This document shows, piece after piece, positions 1 to 11,489 of a stretch of DNA of 64,000 bases. The translations under genes and the position numbers were made by a program. The DNA is from Geopsychrobacteraceae bacterium (GTDB taxonomy: Bacteria > Desulfobacterota > Desulfuromonadia > Desulfuromonadales > Geopsychrobacteraceae). Numbering within the stretch: the first letter of the stretch is position 1; the number at the start of each line of letters is the position of its first letter. Location of the stretch: assembly GCA_963662315.1 (NCBI GenBank), contig OY759353.1, positions 4,384,001 through 4,448,000 of the forward strand. Direction: 5' to 3'. The notes below the pieces were generated by a model. It was not told the origin of the DNA, did no database searches, and saw only the letters and a list, made by a program, of their open reading frames with translations.

Positions 1-302
1 ACGGACCCTTTAAAGAAGGGCGTTTTGTGCTTACTATTTGTCGCCCGCCTGGGACAAAAGTAAGGCGTCGTGCGGGGCGCAACCCCGTGCCCTTGCTTTT
101 GGGTTTACTATTCAGAGCAATCCCGGCCCGCTAGCTGGCTTCATTGGTGGGTCATTCCACCTTTCGGAAAGCAATAAAGTTGTAGCTGTTGGCCTGTTTG
201 CAATATCGTTCATAGGCATAATTTTCTTTTTTGTAAAAAGCAAGAATGAAAAACACACATAACAATCTAGGTAATTACATTCTTGAAAGGAAAATCTAAC
301 CG

Positions 303-638
303 ATGGCTTCAGATGAAGATTTCGTGAAATTTATCTCCGAGCAAATACAAAGTGCTGGAGACATACGGTACCGGAAAATGTTTGGAGAATATGCTGTTTA
401 TTGCAATGAGAAGGTTGTCGCTTTGATTTGTGACAACCAGTTATTTGTTAAGCCCAGCAATGCTGGCCGAACATTTATTGGCAACATTACAGAAGCACCT
501 CCTTATGAAGGAGCAAAACCTGCTTTTTTAATAGAAGATCAACTGGATGACAAAGAGTGGTTAAGTGAATTGATTAGGTTGACCGAGAAGGAGTTACCAA
601 AACCTAAACCGAAAAAAAATAAGAAAGCTGCAAGTTAA
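303..638 (+). CDS. TfoX/Sxy N-terminal domain protein
   Basis: RKMFGEYAVYC..KVVALICDNQLFVKP motif typical of TfoX_N proteins. Confidence 0.85.
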   Translation: MASDEDFVKFISEQIQSAGDIRYRKMFGEYAVYCNEKVVALICDNQLFVKPSNAGRTFIGNITEAPPYEGAKPAFLIEDQLDDKEWLSELIRLTEKELPKPKPKKNKKAAS

Positions 639-874
639 AGGACATATTCATGAAATCAAGCTGACGGTTGACAGGTCAGCTGGTTTCGTACCGTTTTGTA
701 CCAATTTTAAAAGGCTCTACGCCGCGGCTTATCAACACCATTGAGGCAGGAGGAAAAGCTCGGAGATTTCGAAATATCTCGATTTTCTGGGTTACAAAAC
801 CGTCAACAGAGCCCAGACAAACGAACTCCTTCCCCTTGCTGTTCAGGGAAGAAGAAGGAGTTCGTAGGGAAAAG

Positions 875-2455
875 TTAAATAATATTCCCTTCCGAGTCGA
901 TTTTCTTACCTACGAAACCGACAAGCAGAATGATGACGACGGCACCCGCGATCAGACTGATCCAACTGGGAATGCCCAGACCGGCGGGGAGGGTTCCCAG
1001 GAGTATGGCGATTCCCGCAGCAGTCAGGGCGTAGGGGGCCTGGGTTCTTACGTGGTCGATATGGTCCGAGCCGGAGGCAGATGAGGAGAGAATGGTCGTG
1101 TCGGAGATAGGTGAACAATGGTCCCCGAAAACGGCCCCTGTGAGCACGCTGCCGATACAGGCCAGAATCAGGGGCGTCACCGTCCCCGAAGCGGACGAAA
1201 CATTCGCGGCCACGGGAATGACAATGGGCATGAGAATGGAGTTTGTACCCCAGGATGTTCCCGTGGAAAAGGCCACAAACATGGCCGTGATAAATACCAG
1301 GGTCGGCAGGAGGATGGTGGCGAGCCCCCCTTCAGAGAAGTGAATGACCGTCACCAGCCACTTCGCCAGCTGCATCTCGGAAATGACCGCCTTCAGGGCA
1401 AAGGCCAGAGCCAGGACGGTAACCGCCGTCATCATCGTTTTGGCACCGCCCATCCAGGCGTCGACGGCAGTGTAAATGTTAAATCTTTTACGCATCATCC
1501 CCTGGATTCCGGCGGCCATGGAACTGATAAAGGCAGCCCAGGTAAGGACCACTGACGCGTCCGCTTTGCCTATGGCGTCCCTGAAGGAAAGGCCCTCTTC
1601 GTAGCCGTTGTACCAGAGTCCCCAAATGGTAATGATGATAAATAGGCCGATGGGGATGATCACATCCAGAAGGGATACTTTGGTCCCTTCCTCGGGCAAA
1701 AGATTTTTATCTTCGATGATCATGGGATTGGAACCTGCGCGGTAAACCTGCCCGGTTTTCCGAGCACGGATTTCCGCCTTGAGCATGGTTCCGTAGTCCC
1801 TTTTTCTGATAATCAGGGTAAATAGAAGGACCAGAGAAAAGAGAGAGTAGAAGCGAAAGGGGATGGTCTGAAAGAAGACAAGCATGGAGTTCCCCTTTAT
1901 CTCTAGCGCTTGAAGCCCGGAGGCGATGAGGCCCAGCTCCATGGCAATCCAGGTGGATACGGGCGCCATGGAAGAGACGGGAGCCGCAGAGGAGTCGACG
2001 ATGTAGGAGAGTTTCTCCCGGGAAATCTTCTGCTTGTCCGTAATGGGGCGCATGGTGTTGCCCACGATGATGGAGTTGGCGTAATCGTCAAAGAAAATGG
2101 CTACCCCCATAAGGGCCGCCGCCAGCTGGGTGGAGCGAACATCCTTGGCTTTTGCGGCAATTGTCTCGGCAATGGCCTGAGTGCCGCCCATTTTACTGAT
2201 CAGTCCGATCATGCCTCCCACCGCCAGAAGGAACACGATGATGCCGATGTTCCACGCATCGGCCAGTGATTTGCCCACGATGTAATGAGAGAACGTTTCG
2301 AGAAGTCCTTTCAGGGGATTCCAGTGATTGATTATGGTGGCGCCTCCCCAGATTCCCGCGAGAAGGGAGATGATCACCTGTTTTGTCCACATGGCAAAAA
2401 AAATGGCGATAAGGGGTGGGAGAATGGCCAGTGCCCCGAAGGTAAGATCTTCCAT
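875..2455 (-). CDS. NhaC-family Na+/H+ antiporter / amino-acid transporter
   Basis: Polytopic membrane protein with IFFDDYAN, FSTGTSWGT and GAVFGDHCSPISDTTILSS motifs. Confidence 0.9.
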   Translation of the reverse strand: MEDLTFGALAILPPLIAIFFAMWTKQVIISLLAGIWGGATIINHWNPLKGLLETFSHYIVGKSLADAWNIGIIVFLLAVGGMIGLISKMGGTQAIAETIAAKAKDVRSTQLAAALMGVAIFFDDYANSIIVGNTMRPITDKQKISREKLSYIVDSSAAPVSSMAPVSTWIAMELGLIASGLQALEIKGNSMLVFFQTIPFRFYSLFSLVLLFTLIIRKRDYGTMLKAEIRARKTGQVYRAGSNPMIIEDKNLLPEEGTKVSLLDVIIPIGLFIIITIWGLWYNGYEEGLSFRDAIGKADASVVLTWAAFISSMAAGIQGMMRKRFNIYTAVDAWMGGAKTMMTAVTVLALAFALKAVISEMQLAKWLVTVIHFSEGGLATILLPTLVFITAMFVAFSTGTSWGTNSILMPIVIPVAANVSSASGTVTPLILACIGSVLTGAVFGDHCSPISDTTILSSSASGSDHIDHVRTQAPYALTAAGIAILLGTLPAGLGIPSWISLIAGAVVIILLVGFVGKKIDSEGNII

Positions 2456-2497
2456 TTTGCATTTACTCCTGAATTAGTAAAATTTTAAAAGGGGTGG

Positions 2498-2526
2498 ATT
2501 CTACACGCCATATTCTGAGGGTTCAA
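2498..2526 (-). promoter_or_regulatory. Putative sigma70 promoter for the NhaC gene
   Basis: Minus strand TTGAAC-N17-TAGAAT about 45 bp upstream of the start codon. Confidence 0.5.
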
Positions 2527-2782
2527 GAGTTTTGCCTGCTAATGGGAGTGGTTTAATAAAACTGTCATCTATTGCTAGGTAGTTGCCATGCAGGGGAGGA
2601 AAATATGATAAAAAAGTGGGCAATGGGCTTAAATTCTGTTTATATAAAAAAGGAAGCAGTAACGACGACGAGCATTAATTACTGACACCAATAGATATTC
2701 AACGCATGACAATGCCCTGTGGAATATATTGAGAGAAGTTTTCTCACCTTTCTCGTCACACAACCTTTCTGAGCAGTAAAAT

Positions 2783-3622
2783 ATGAACAAAATCCTAACA
2801 TTGGGTCCTCAAGGGACATTTTCTGATGCCGCAACCTCGAAGTATATCGATACCCTGGAAGGGGCATGGCAGGTGGTGTATTTCCCCTCAATAGGCAGCG
2901 CATTAAAGGCCATTGGAGAAACATGTGAGGTTGGCGTTCTGCCAATCGAAAACTTTTCAGAAGGGTTTATCCCTTTAGTGCTTGATCACCTGGCTCGTGC
3001 TGAATTGACAATCATTGGTGAGATTATGCTGTCGGTTCATTTCTGCCTTGTCAGCATGACGAGCGAACTGGCACAGATCAATCAGTTGTTTGTCCAATTT
3101 GTTGCAAAAGGCCAATGTCGTGAGTTTATTGACTCTTTAGGAAAGATCGAAATTGTTACAACTGAGAGCAATATAGAATCATTAGCTTTGGCCCGAAAAG
3201 GGGGGATGGGTGCTGCTATCGTACCTGTTGGTTCTTTTGGCGTCGGTGAATTTCCGTTAGTGGTAAAAAACGTCAATGATTATAAGCAAAACCAGACGCG
3301 ATTTCTCGCATTATCGAACAGCACGAGAACATCAGCGCCGGTTGCGGGCGAGGAATACAAAACCAGTATTGTGGTCCTGGAGAATACAGACCGTCCCGGT
3401 TTACTGAGTGAGATATTGAACTCATTTTCCAGGAGGGCAATCAACCTGACCTCAATCATCTCCCGGCCAACCTGCAGGGAATTTGGGACATACCATTTTT
3501 TCATTGATTTTGATGGACGCGTTCAAGCCCCAAATATTTCCGCTGCCCTTAAAGACATTCAAGCGATCAATAAGGTGAAGTTTCTTGGGTCTTATCCAAA
3601 AGGGAAACTTGTATCCCCTTGA
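2783..3622 (+). CDS. pheA: Prephenate dehydratase (PDT + ACT domain)
   Basis: TLGPQGTFS, GVLPIENFSEG, NQTRF and ACT-domain INLTSIISRP motifs. Confidence 0.85.
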   Translation: MNKILTLGPQGTFSDAATSKYIDTLEGAWQVVYFPSIGSALKAIGETCEVGVLPIENFSEGFIPLVLDHLARAELTIIGEIMLSVHFCLVSMTSELAQINQLFVQFVAKGQCREFIDSLGKIEIVTTESNIESLALARKGGMGAAIVPVGSFGVGEFPLVVKNVNDYKQNQTRFLALSNSTRTSAPVAGEEYKTSIVVLENTDRPGLLSEILNSFSRRAINLTSIISRPTCREFGTYHFFIDFDGRVQAPNISAALKDIQAINKVKFLGSYPKGKLVSP

Positions 3623-3863
3623 TCAGATGTTGCAGCGTCAATTGGGTGATGACGCTATTCACATTATTATTAAATGCAAAGTTAATATCCTGTATTGAAC
3701 TGAATAACACCAGAATGTTGTTACACCCCGTCGCAAAAACGATCTTGGCGAGATCGGCCCAGGTGTTTTGTTCGGACATGGTTCGGCGACCGGAGGCTTT
3801 GATCAGAAAATTGTGTTCCGCCAGTTTATCGTTATTGTAAAAATATTTTCCCAGGATTGCACA

Positions 3864-4490
3864 ATGAACCACGTTGATGAAAAAGTAACTAAAACAATAT
3901 CTTCGCTGTCTAGAAATAGAATTAAAGCACGGTATTTTCCTTCTCAAGAAACGCTGCTTACCTGCATAAAAGAGCGTTTGACGTCAGAAATGACGGTTGG
4001 TGTCGGAGATTCCAAAACATTAGAAGATTTGGGTGTTTATTCTTTGTTGCGCCAGAGTGAGGTTAATTTTCTAGATAAGTACGCAGACAATATCTCCCGG
4101 GAGAAAAAGAGGGACCTCTATATAAAAAACTTTGCGGCAGACCTCTTTTTCTCTGGAATAAACGCATTATCGACCGATGGGAAGATTTATAATCTGGATG
4201 GCAACGGAAGCCGAGTTGCTCCAATTATTTATGGGCCATCAAAAGTTTTTCTGATTTGCGGAACCAATAAAATCGTTACCTCAGAAGACGAGGCCTTTAA
4301 TCGGGTCAGGAATATTGCTGCCCCAATTGATGCGAAAAGATTGGGGAAAAGAACACCTTGCGTACGGAGCGGCAAGTGCATGGACTGCAAAGCAGAAGAT
4401 AGGATCTGCAATTATTTCACAATTATTCAAGGACAGTTTGATTCTGAGCGAATTACGGTCTTTATTGTTGACGGTGATTATGGTTTTTAA
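3864..4490 (+). CDS. LUD/YkgG-family (lactate utilization-like) protein
   Basis: NLDGNGSRVAPIIYGP..GTNKIV and C-terminal PC..G.C.DC....RICN; ATG at 3864 preferred over the ORF-track start 3768. Confidence 0.8.
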   Translation: MNHVDEKVTKTISSLSRNRIKARYFPSQETLLTCIKERLTSEMTVGVGDSKTLEDLGVYSLLRQSEVNFLDKYADNISREKKRDLYIKNFAADLFFSGINALSTDGKIYNLDGNGSRVAPIIYGPSKVFLICGTNKIVTSEDEAFNRVRNIAAPIDAKRLGKRTPCVRSGKCMDCKAEDRICNYFTIIQGQFDSERITVFIVDGDYGF

Positions 4491-4696
4491 TCCTTAACCG
4501 TCGGCTGCACAGTTAGCGGATGCATGACTGGCTATGAAGGTGTCGGTACTCTCGGCCCAACTCATCAGACAATCAGTTATCAAAAACTGCCTGATGGCAG
4601 AGAAGCATGGAAATATTAGATTTAATTTGACGCCACTATGATCTTAAAGTACTTCTAGTTCGAACAGAATAATTATGCTTTGACGACAAAGGTGCT

Positions 4697-7600
4697 TTGA
4701 TGCAGAGATTCCAGCGGCAGTTCAAGGTTTATTCTCTCAATAAAGTCATCGGAAAGCTCCTCGGATTGATTTCCGTTTTGCCATCCGTTCTATCCCTTTT
4801 CTGTGTAACTTTCGGCCTGATTTTATGTCTTTCCCTTCCGCCTGCCGAAGCCTCGCCCCCTTCTTTGCCTGTTATTCAATCCGCAGCAGAATATGGTTAT
4901 CCCCCACTGTCCATTGTGTCTGAAAACGGTGAGGCCAGTGGCTTTGCGGTCGAACTTTTACGTGCGTCCCTTCGGGCCATGGGGTATGACGTCAAATTCA
5001 ATGTTGGTTCCTGGCCGGAAGTGAAGCAGTCGCTGGTTGATAAAAAAATCCAGGTTTTACCGCTGGTGGGAAGAACTCCTGAGCGAGAAGGTGTTTTTGA
5101 TTTCACCTTCCCTTATTTGAATATGCACGGCACGATCGTTGTCCGGGAGAATGAACAGGGGATTTCAAAGCTCGAAGATTTAGCCGGTCGCTCGGTTGCG
5201 GTTCTGAGAGAGGATAGTACTGAGGATTTTCTGCGCCGCAGTCAGCCTGAGGCTAACATTGTCACAACAGAATCTTTTGAAAACGCGTTGCGTGGACTTG
5301 CCGCCGGACAATATGACGCAGTCGTGATCCAAAAGCTGCTGGCGACGCAGATCATCAGCAAGCTAGGTATTAAAAGCCTGCGTTTTGCTGGCCCGCCTTT
5401 GAAGGATTTTGTTCAATCCTTTTGTTTTGCTGTCCCTAAGGGAGCGTCCGATCTCCTTTCTGTTCTGAACGAAGGCCTGTCAATTGTGATTGCCGACGGG
5501 ACTTCTCAGCGCTTACGGCAAAAATGGTTTGCCTCCATCGAGAATAATGTCAAGAGCCGATTGATCATTGGTGGTGACAATGACTATCCACCATACGAAT
5601 ACCTGGATGAGAACGGCCAACCGGCCGGCTTTAATGTCGACTTGACGCGGGCAATTGCCCAAAAGCTGAATCTGGATGTGCAGATCAGACTCGACAGCTG
5701 GGGCAAAATCAGAAAAAGTTTGTCTGACGGGGATATTGATCTTGTTCAGGGGATGTTTTATTCCCTTGAACGAGAAAAAGTTTTTGATTTCTCACCGGCT
5801 TATTCGATTGTTGGCCACTCTATCGTCACGCGCAAGGGTGAACCCAAACTTAAAACTCTTCAGGATCTGAAGGGGAAAGCCATTTTGGTCATGGATGGCG
5901 ATATCATGCACGATATTGCCGTTGGATTCGGTTACGGCAAACAACTGATAACGGTGAAATCCCAGGAAGAGGCCTTGCAACGCCTGGCGGATGGAGAGGC
6001 GGATTGTGTTCTTGTTGCACGCATTCCCGCGATGTATTGGATCAGGAAAAATGGCTGGAGCAATCTTGCCGTTGGCCAGGAAGTGGTCCATGCCCCGGAA
6101 TACTGTTATGCTGTACTGCATGGTAATGAGGCGATACTGGCAAGGTTTTCCGAAACGTTAGCGGCCTTAAAAGCTTCCGGCGAGTATCGGAAGATCTATT
6201 CCAAATGGTTTGGAATCTATGAAGAAGCAGGCCTGACGCCGACAGAAATCCTCAAATATTCATCTTTTGTTGTCGGTCCGGTGCTCATGATCCTGATCGG
6301 GATTTTTTTCTGGAACCGTTCGCTCAAAAGACAAGTCAGGAAAAAAACCAGAGAGCTGATCGCTGAAATTAAAGAACGCAAACAGGCGGAGGAAGGTGCG
6401 GCGCTCATGACCTTCGCCATCAATCATATTAATGATGAAGTGTATCTGCTGGACGAGACAGGGCGGATAAAATACGCCAATGATGAATCCTGTCAAGCAC
6501 TGGGCTATTCACGAGATGAATTAATCGGAATGACGGTGACTGATGTCGGTGCTGATTTTCCCATCGAACAATGGGATGAACACTGGCAGCTGCTGCAGGA
6601 GCAAGGTGTTATCAACGAAGAAACCTTTCATAGGCGCAAAGACGGGACAATCTTCCCGGTAGCCGTCACAGCGAATTACTTCAAATACAGTGGGCGCAGT
6701 TATAATCTGGCCTTAGTCCGTGATATTACTGAACAAAAACATAAAGAAAAGGAACGTCTCAATTTCGAAAAACAGATGGTACAAACCCAAAAGCTTGAGA
6801 GCCTTGGGGTTCTGGCGGGCGGGATAGCACATGATTTCAATAATCTTCTTGCGGCGATAATGGGACATTCTGAGCTGTCAAAAAGACGTCTGCCACCCGG
6901 TTCCGCAGCCTTTGAGAATCTCAAACAAATTGAAAATGCGGCAGAGCGGGCGGCCGATTTGGCGAAGCAAATGCTGGCTTACTCGGGAAAAGGCAAGTTT
7001 GTTGTCGAGTCGATTAATCTGAACCACCTGCTTGAAGAAATGTTGCACATGTTGAAGGTGACCATTTCCAAGAAAGCCGTTCTGCGCCTTAGCCCCTCTG
7101 TTCCGTTGCCGACCATCGAGGGGGACTCAACGCAAATTCGGCAAATCATCATGAATCTGGTCATCAATGCATCAGAAGCCATCGGCGATAGAAGTGGTAC
7201 TATTTCGATTTTAACCGGATGCATGAACTGTGATGAGAGCTATCTGAAGGATCTTTGGCTGGATGAAGATTTAACCGAAGGTTATTACGTTTACCTCGAG
7301 GTTGCTGACACCGGATGTGGTATGGACAAAAAGACCATGAGCAAACTTTTTGATCCATTTTTTACGACGAAATTTACCGGACGAGGACTTGGTATGTCGG
7401 CTGTCATGGGCATCGTTCGGGGGCATAAAGGGGCGATAAAAGTTTACAGCGAGGTGGGCAAAGGGACCACGTTCAAGATCTTGCTCCCCGCATCTGAAAA
7501 AACAGCTGAGGCAATGAGTCCCGTACCTGAAGATGATGGCTGGGTTGGTTCGGGAAAAGTTTTGCTGGTGGATGATGAAGAGACCGTGCTCGGTGTTGGC

Positions 7601-7906
7601 CTTGAGATGTTAAAAGAGCTGGGTTTTTCCCCTGTAACAGCCAGCGATGGCCGGGAAGCACTCAGGGTCTTTGAAGGGAATCCGGATATTGCTCTTGTGT
7701 TGCTTGATTTGACTATGCCGAAAATGGATGGTGAACAATGCTATCGGGAGCTGAAAAGGCTGGATCCAAATGTTAAAGTGATCATGTCCAGCGGCTATAA
7801 TGAGTATGAAGTATCGCAAAGATTCCTGGGGAAGGGGATCGCGGGCTTCATCCAAAAACCTTATAAACTGTCTGAGTTGATGGGAGCCATAAGACAAATT
7901 TCTTGA
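4697..7906 (+). CDS. Hybrid sensor histidine kinase (2x solute-binding domain, PAS, HisKA, HATPase, REC)
   Basis: Two YPP..GF.V.L SBP_bac_3 repeats, TM helix, PAS, GIAHDFNNLL H-box, GRGLGM G-box, receiver LLVDDE..DLTMP; start uncertain. Confidence 0.9.
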   Translation: MMQRFQRQFKVYSLNKVIGKLLGLISVLPSVLSLFCVTFGLILCLSLPPAEASPPSLPVIQSAAEYGYPPLSIVSENGEASGFAVELLRASLRAMGYDVKFNVGSWPEVKQSLVDKKIQVLPLVGRTPEREGVFDFTFPYLNMHGTIVVRENEQGISKLEDLAGRSVAVLREDSTEDFLRRSQPEANIVTTESFENALRGLAAGQYDAVVIQKLLATQIISKLGIKSLRFAGPPLKDFVQSFCFAVPKGASDLLSVLNEGLSIVIADGTSQRLRQKWFASIENNVKSRLIIGGDNDYPPYEYLDENGQPAGFNVDLTRAIAQKLNLDVQIRLDSWGKIRKSLSDGDIDLVQGMFYSLEREKVFDFSPAYSIVGHSIVTRKGEPKLKTLQDLKGKAILVMDGDIMHDIAVGFGYGKQLITVKSQEEALQRLADGEADCVLVARIPAMYWIRKNGWSNLAVGQEVVHAPEYCYAVLHGNEAILARFSETLAALKASGEYRKIYSKWFGIYEEAGLTPTEILKYSSFVVGPVLMILIGIFFWNRSLKRQVRKKTRELIAEIKERKQAEEGAALMTFAINHINDEVYLLDETGRIKYANDESCQALGYSRDELIGMTVTDVGADFPIEQWDEHWQLLQEQGVINEETFHRRKDGTIFPVAVTANYFKYSGRSYNLALVRDITEQKHKEKERLNFEKQMVQTQKLESLGVLAGGIAHDFNNLLAAIMGHSELSKRRLPPGSAAFENLKQIENAAERAADLAKQMLAYSGKGKFVVESINLNHLLEEMLHMLKVTISKKAVLRLSPSVPLPTIEGDSTQIRQIIMNLVINASEAIGDRSGTISILTGCMNCDESYLKDLWLDEDLTEGYYVYLEVADTGCGMDKKTMSKLFDPFFTTKFTGRGLGMSAVMGIVRGHKGAIKVYSEVGKGTTFKILLPASEKTAEAMSPVPEDDGWVGSGKVLLVDDEETVLGVGLEMLKELGFSPVTASDGREALRVFEGNPDIALVLLDLTMPKMDGEQCYRELKRLDPNVKVIMSSGYNEYEVSQRFLGKGIAGFIQKPYKLSELMGAIRQIS

Positions 7907-8269
7907 TGGGGCTGAAAAATACCTTAGAACTGCCAGCTGCCTACCAGCGGTGGATGAACGCGAAAGTTTCTGCGGCTGCGGTTTCTTTCAGATTAAACCT
8001 AGGCTGTTGTCGGAGAACATCGCCACCGGTCAGCACATGTTTTTAAACAAATAAAGAGATCTCTTCACAAGGGCAGACAATTTCTTTCTTTGTCTAAACT
8101 CATAAGGGGAAACTGGCGATAATATCTATAGCCCTTTTGATTTTGAGTGCGGGTGTGCCTTGTGGGCCGTAACGACATTTACCTTGGTCCACAGTCGCAG
8201 TTCGCCTGACCTTGACTGGGAAAAGACCTCATAGTTGAAAAGAACGACAGCAAAGGAGGACATGTCCGA

Positions 8270-8695
8270 ATGACTCAAATAATATCCGGAGTAAATCCTG
8301 CCACTGCAGGTTTTAACGCAACACAAAGGACCAAGTCCTACGACATTCATAACATGAGCCCCAATGAGATGGATAAACTGACATTGGACATGTTCAATCG
8401 AGGGGAAATATCCCTGAAAGAGAGACTGCCTTTCGCTCCTTTGGATACAAAGCGCCTGAGTCAGATTTCAGGGCAAGACGTTAGCATAAAATACTATTCG
8501 CGTGTTTGGGATGATCCGGACAGAAAACGGGATATGGTCCTTGAATTTAACAGTATCCTGAAGGAACAGGTTAGTGATAATGATAATCAGCAGAATATCA
8601 ATGTCACCCAAGGTGCGTTATCCTTACTGAAGCAAATGGAACAAAGACTGTCCTTTGACGCTGTGTTGAAAAGCACTGTAAAGCAGAAGGCATAA
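8270..8695 (+). CDS. Hypothetical protein
   Basis: 141-aa ORF with AGGAGG RBS upstream; no recognised motif. Confidence 0.6.
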   Translation: MTQIISGVNPATAGFNATQRTKSYDIHNMSPNEMDKLTLDMFNRGEISLKERLPFAPLDTKRLSQISGQDVSIKYYSRVWDDPDRKRDMVLEFNSILKEQVSDNDNQQNINVTQGALSLLKQMEQRLSFDAVLKSTVKQKA

Positions 8696-8872
8696 CTATC
8701 GGAGCGCAGGCAGACTCTTTGCCGTCGTGCCTTATTTTGGTGTCTTCCGGCGCCGCAGGCATTTTTTCTCCCCTGTCTTCCCCCTTTTCCTGTCCATGTG
8801 ATACTTTTATAAGGTGACCGGAATCGGTTTTATTTATTCCGACATATCTTTTCGACTTCATAGAAACTGGAT

Positions 8873-11431
8873 ATGACTATGAATTATAAACGTTTTAAAA
8901 ACAAAGCCAGCTGCCCTGAGTTAACCGATGCCCCTTTTTTGGGGATGGACAGCGCAACCCTTAAACTCGATTTTCGTCGCTATTACACTTACCATCTCGG
9001 GCGGGATAAACATTGTCGCCTGACCCACTATGCCTATGAAGCGCTGGCACTGACTCTGCGTGACCGTTTGATGGAGCGCTGGAAAGAAACCCGGTATGCT
9101 TACGAGGAAAGTAATTGTAAGCGCGCCTACTATCTGTCCCTCGAGTTTCTTATGGGACGCTCCCTTGGCAATGCGATTCTGAACCTTGGGCTGGAAGATG
9201 AATTGACCCATGCTTTAAGCGATGTCTGTCTTGAACTTGAAGAGTTGGAAGATATTGAGCCGGATGCCGGGCTTGGAAATGGTGGCCTGGGGCGTCTGGC
9301 GGCCTGTTTTATGGACAGTTGCGCGACCCTGCAGTTGCCGGTGCAGGGGTATGGCATCCGCTACGAGTACGGTATGTTTCGGCAACGACTAAAAAATGGT
9401 TACCAGATCGAAGAGCCTGATCACTGGCTGTCATCCTCCAACCCCTGGGAGATGGAACGTCCCGAATATCGGCAACGCATCAAGTTCGGCGGGCGCAGTG
9501 AGTTCTATAACGATGCCTCCGGGCGGTTGCGGGTGCGCTGGGTCGATACCCGCGATGTCTGGGCCATGCCTTATGATGTGCCGGTGCCGGGTTTCCGCAA
9601 CGGTACCGTTAATACCTTGAGGTTATGGAAAGCGGTGGCGACGGAAGAATTCGATCTGGAAGACTTTAATATGGGAGACTATGCCGGGTCGGTTGCCGGT
9701 AAAAATGATGCCGAAAAAATCACCATGGTTTTGTATCCCAATGATGCCAGTGAAAATGGCAAAGAACTGCGCTTGCGCCAGCAGTACTTCCTGGCATCGG
9801 CCAGTTTGCAGGACGTCGTTGATCGTTGGATTATTATTAAGGGGCATGACTTAAGTAATTTTGCCGAAAAAAACAGTTTCCAGCTCAACGATACCCATCC
9901 CAGTTGCGCGGTGGCTGAGTTGATGCGCATTCTGCTTGATGAGCGTGGTCTTGACTGGGATAGTGCCTGGGCGATTACCTCCGCTACCATGGCTTATACC
10001 AACCACACGCTGCTGCCCGAAGCGTTGGAGAAGTGGCCGGTTCGTATGTTTCGTACCCTGTTGCCACGCCTGCTCGATATTATTTATGAAATCAATGCCC
10101 GCTTCCTGACCATGGTGGCGCAGCGCTGGCCAGGAGATCATGAACGTCAACAACGGATGTCGCTGATTGAAGAGGGGCCAGAGCCGCAGGTGCGCATGGC
10201 CTACCTGGCGATTGTCGGCAGCTTTTCTGTCAACGGGGTTGCCGAGCTCCATTCACGGCTGTTGCAGGAAGGCCTGTTCAGAGACTTTTATGAACTGTGG
10301 CCGGAAAAATTCAACAACAAGACCAACGGCGTGACCCAACGACGCTGGCTGGCGTATTCCAACCCCGGACTTAAGAATCTGATTGATGAAAAAATCGGGC
10401 CGGACTGGGTTACCGATCTGGATCAGCTTAAAAAACTGACTGCTTATATTGATGATCCGCAATTCCGGGACGACTGGCGGCGGGTGAAGTTCAACAATAA
10501 GCAGCGCCTGGCCCACCTGGTCAAACATGATTGCGGAGTTGAGTTCAATCCTGATTCAATGTTTGATATTCAGGTTAAGCGGATTCATGAATACAAGCGC
10601 CAATTGCTGAATATCCTGCATGTCATTCATCTTTACGATCGTATTAAACAGGGTGACATTGATAACTGGACACCACGCTGTGTCCTGATTGGTGGCAAGG
10701 CCGCACCGGGATATCAGATGGCCAAACTGATTATCAAGCTGGTCAACAATGTTGCGACTCTGGTGAACAATGATCCTCAGGTTGGTGATCTGTTGAAAGT
10801 GGTGTTTCTGCCCAACTATCGGGTCTCAGCCATGGAGGTTATCTGCCCCGGAGCGGACCTCTCCGAACAGATCTCGACTGCAGGCAAGGAAGCTTCCGGC
10901 ACCGGTAATATGAAGTTCATGCTCAATGGTGCCCTGACTATCGGTACTCTGGATGGTGCCAATATTGAGATTCGTGAAGAGGTTGGCGATGAAAACTTCT
11001 TCCTCTTCGGCATGACCGCTGAAGAGGTGGAAACCTGTCGCCAGAACTATGATCCCAAGGGAATTATCGCTGCTGATGTAAATCTGCAGCGGGTGATGCA
11101 TCTGCTGAAGAGTGGTCACTTTAACCAGTTTGAACCGGGAATTTTCGAACCTCTGATCAATGCCATTGAAAACCCCCACGACCCCTGGCTGGTGGCGGCT
11201 GATTTTACCGATTATGTCAAAGCTCAGCAGCGTGTCGCCGCAGCTTACCAGGATCAGGAAGGTTGGACACGCATGAGTATTCTCAACACCGCCTGTGGCG
11301 GCAAATTCTCGACCGACCGGACGATGCTGGAATACAACCGGGATATCTGGCAATTGCCACAGGTTGGCCCGGTCGATGTGCCGGAGGATGAAGAGGATTC
11401 CGTCATTCTCGAAGAGGAAATGGTAGAGTAA
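8873..11431 (+). CDS. glgP: Glycogen/starch phosphorylase
   Basis: GLGNGGLGRLAACF, QLNDTHP, KRIHEYKRQ and PLP-lysine motif EASGTGNMKF. Confidence 0.97.
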   Translation: MTMNYKRFKNKASCPELTDAPFLGMDSATLKLDFRRYYTYHLGRDKHCRLTHYAYEALALTLRDRLMERWKETRYAYEESNCKRAYYLSLEFLMGRSLGNAILNLGLEDELTHALSDVCLELEELEDIEPDAGLGNGGLGRLAACFMDSCATLQLPVQGYGIRYEYGMFRQRLKNGYQIEEPDHWLSSSNPWEMERPEYRQRIKFGGRSEFYNDASGRLRVRWVDTRDVWAMPYDVPVPGFRNGTVNTLRLWKAVATEEFDLEDFNMGDYAGSVAGKNDAEKITMVLYPNDASENGKELRLRQQYFLASASLQDVVDRWIIIKGHDLSNFAEKNSFQLNDTHPSCAVAELMRILLDERGLDWDSAWAITSATMAYTNHTLLPEALEKWPVRMFRTLLPRLLDIIYEINARFLTMVAQRWPGDHERQQRMSLIEEGPEPQVRMAYLAIVGSFSVNGVAELHSRLLQEGLFRDFYELWPEKFNNKTNGVTQRRWLAYSNPGLKNLIDEKIGPDWVTDLDQLKKLTAYIDDPQFRDDWRRVKFNNKQRLAHLVKHDCGVEFNPDSMFDIQVKRIHEYKRQLLNILHVIHLYDRIKQGDIDNWTPRCVLIGGKAAPGYQMAKLIIKLVNNVATLVNNDPQVGDLLKVVFLPNYRVSAMEVICPGADLSEQISTAGKEASGTGNMKFMLNGALTIGTLDGANIEIREEVGDENFFLFGMTAEEVETCRQNYDPKGIIAADVNLQRVMHLLKSGHFNQFEPGIFEPLINAIENPHDPWLVAADFTDYVKAQQRVAAAYQDQEGWTRMSILNTACGGKFSTDRTMLEYNRDIWQLPQVGPVDVPEDEEDSVILEEEMVE

Positions 11432-11434
11432 AGG

Positions 11435-11468
11435 AACGGCTCTGTTGGTCAGCAACAGAGCCGTTTTT
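11435..11468. terminator. Intrinsic terminator between convergent genes
   Basis: aacggctctgttg / caacagagccgtt inverted repeat followed by T run. Confidence 0.7.
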
Positions 11469-11489
11469 ATCATTTCGTGTGGCGTTGAC

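Noticed and set aside
18..110. Palindromic REP/MITE-like sequence at the window start
   Set aside because: Single copy in the window; repetition cannot be shown here
255..300. Integron attC-like end (ACATAAC) before the tfoX-like gene
   Set aside because: No matching complementary core site or integron integrase seen
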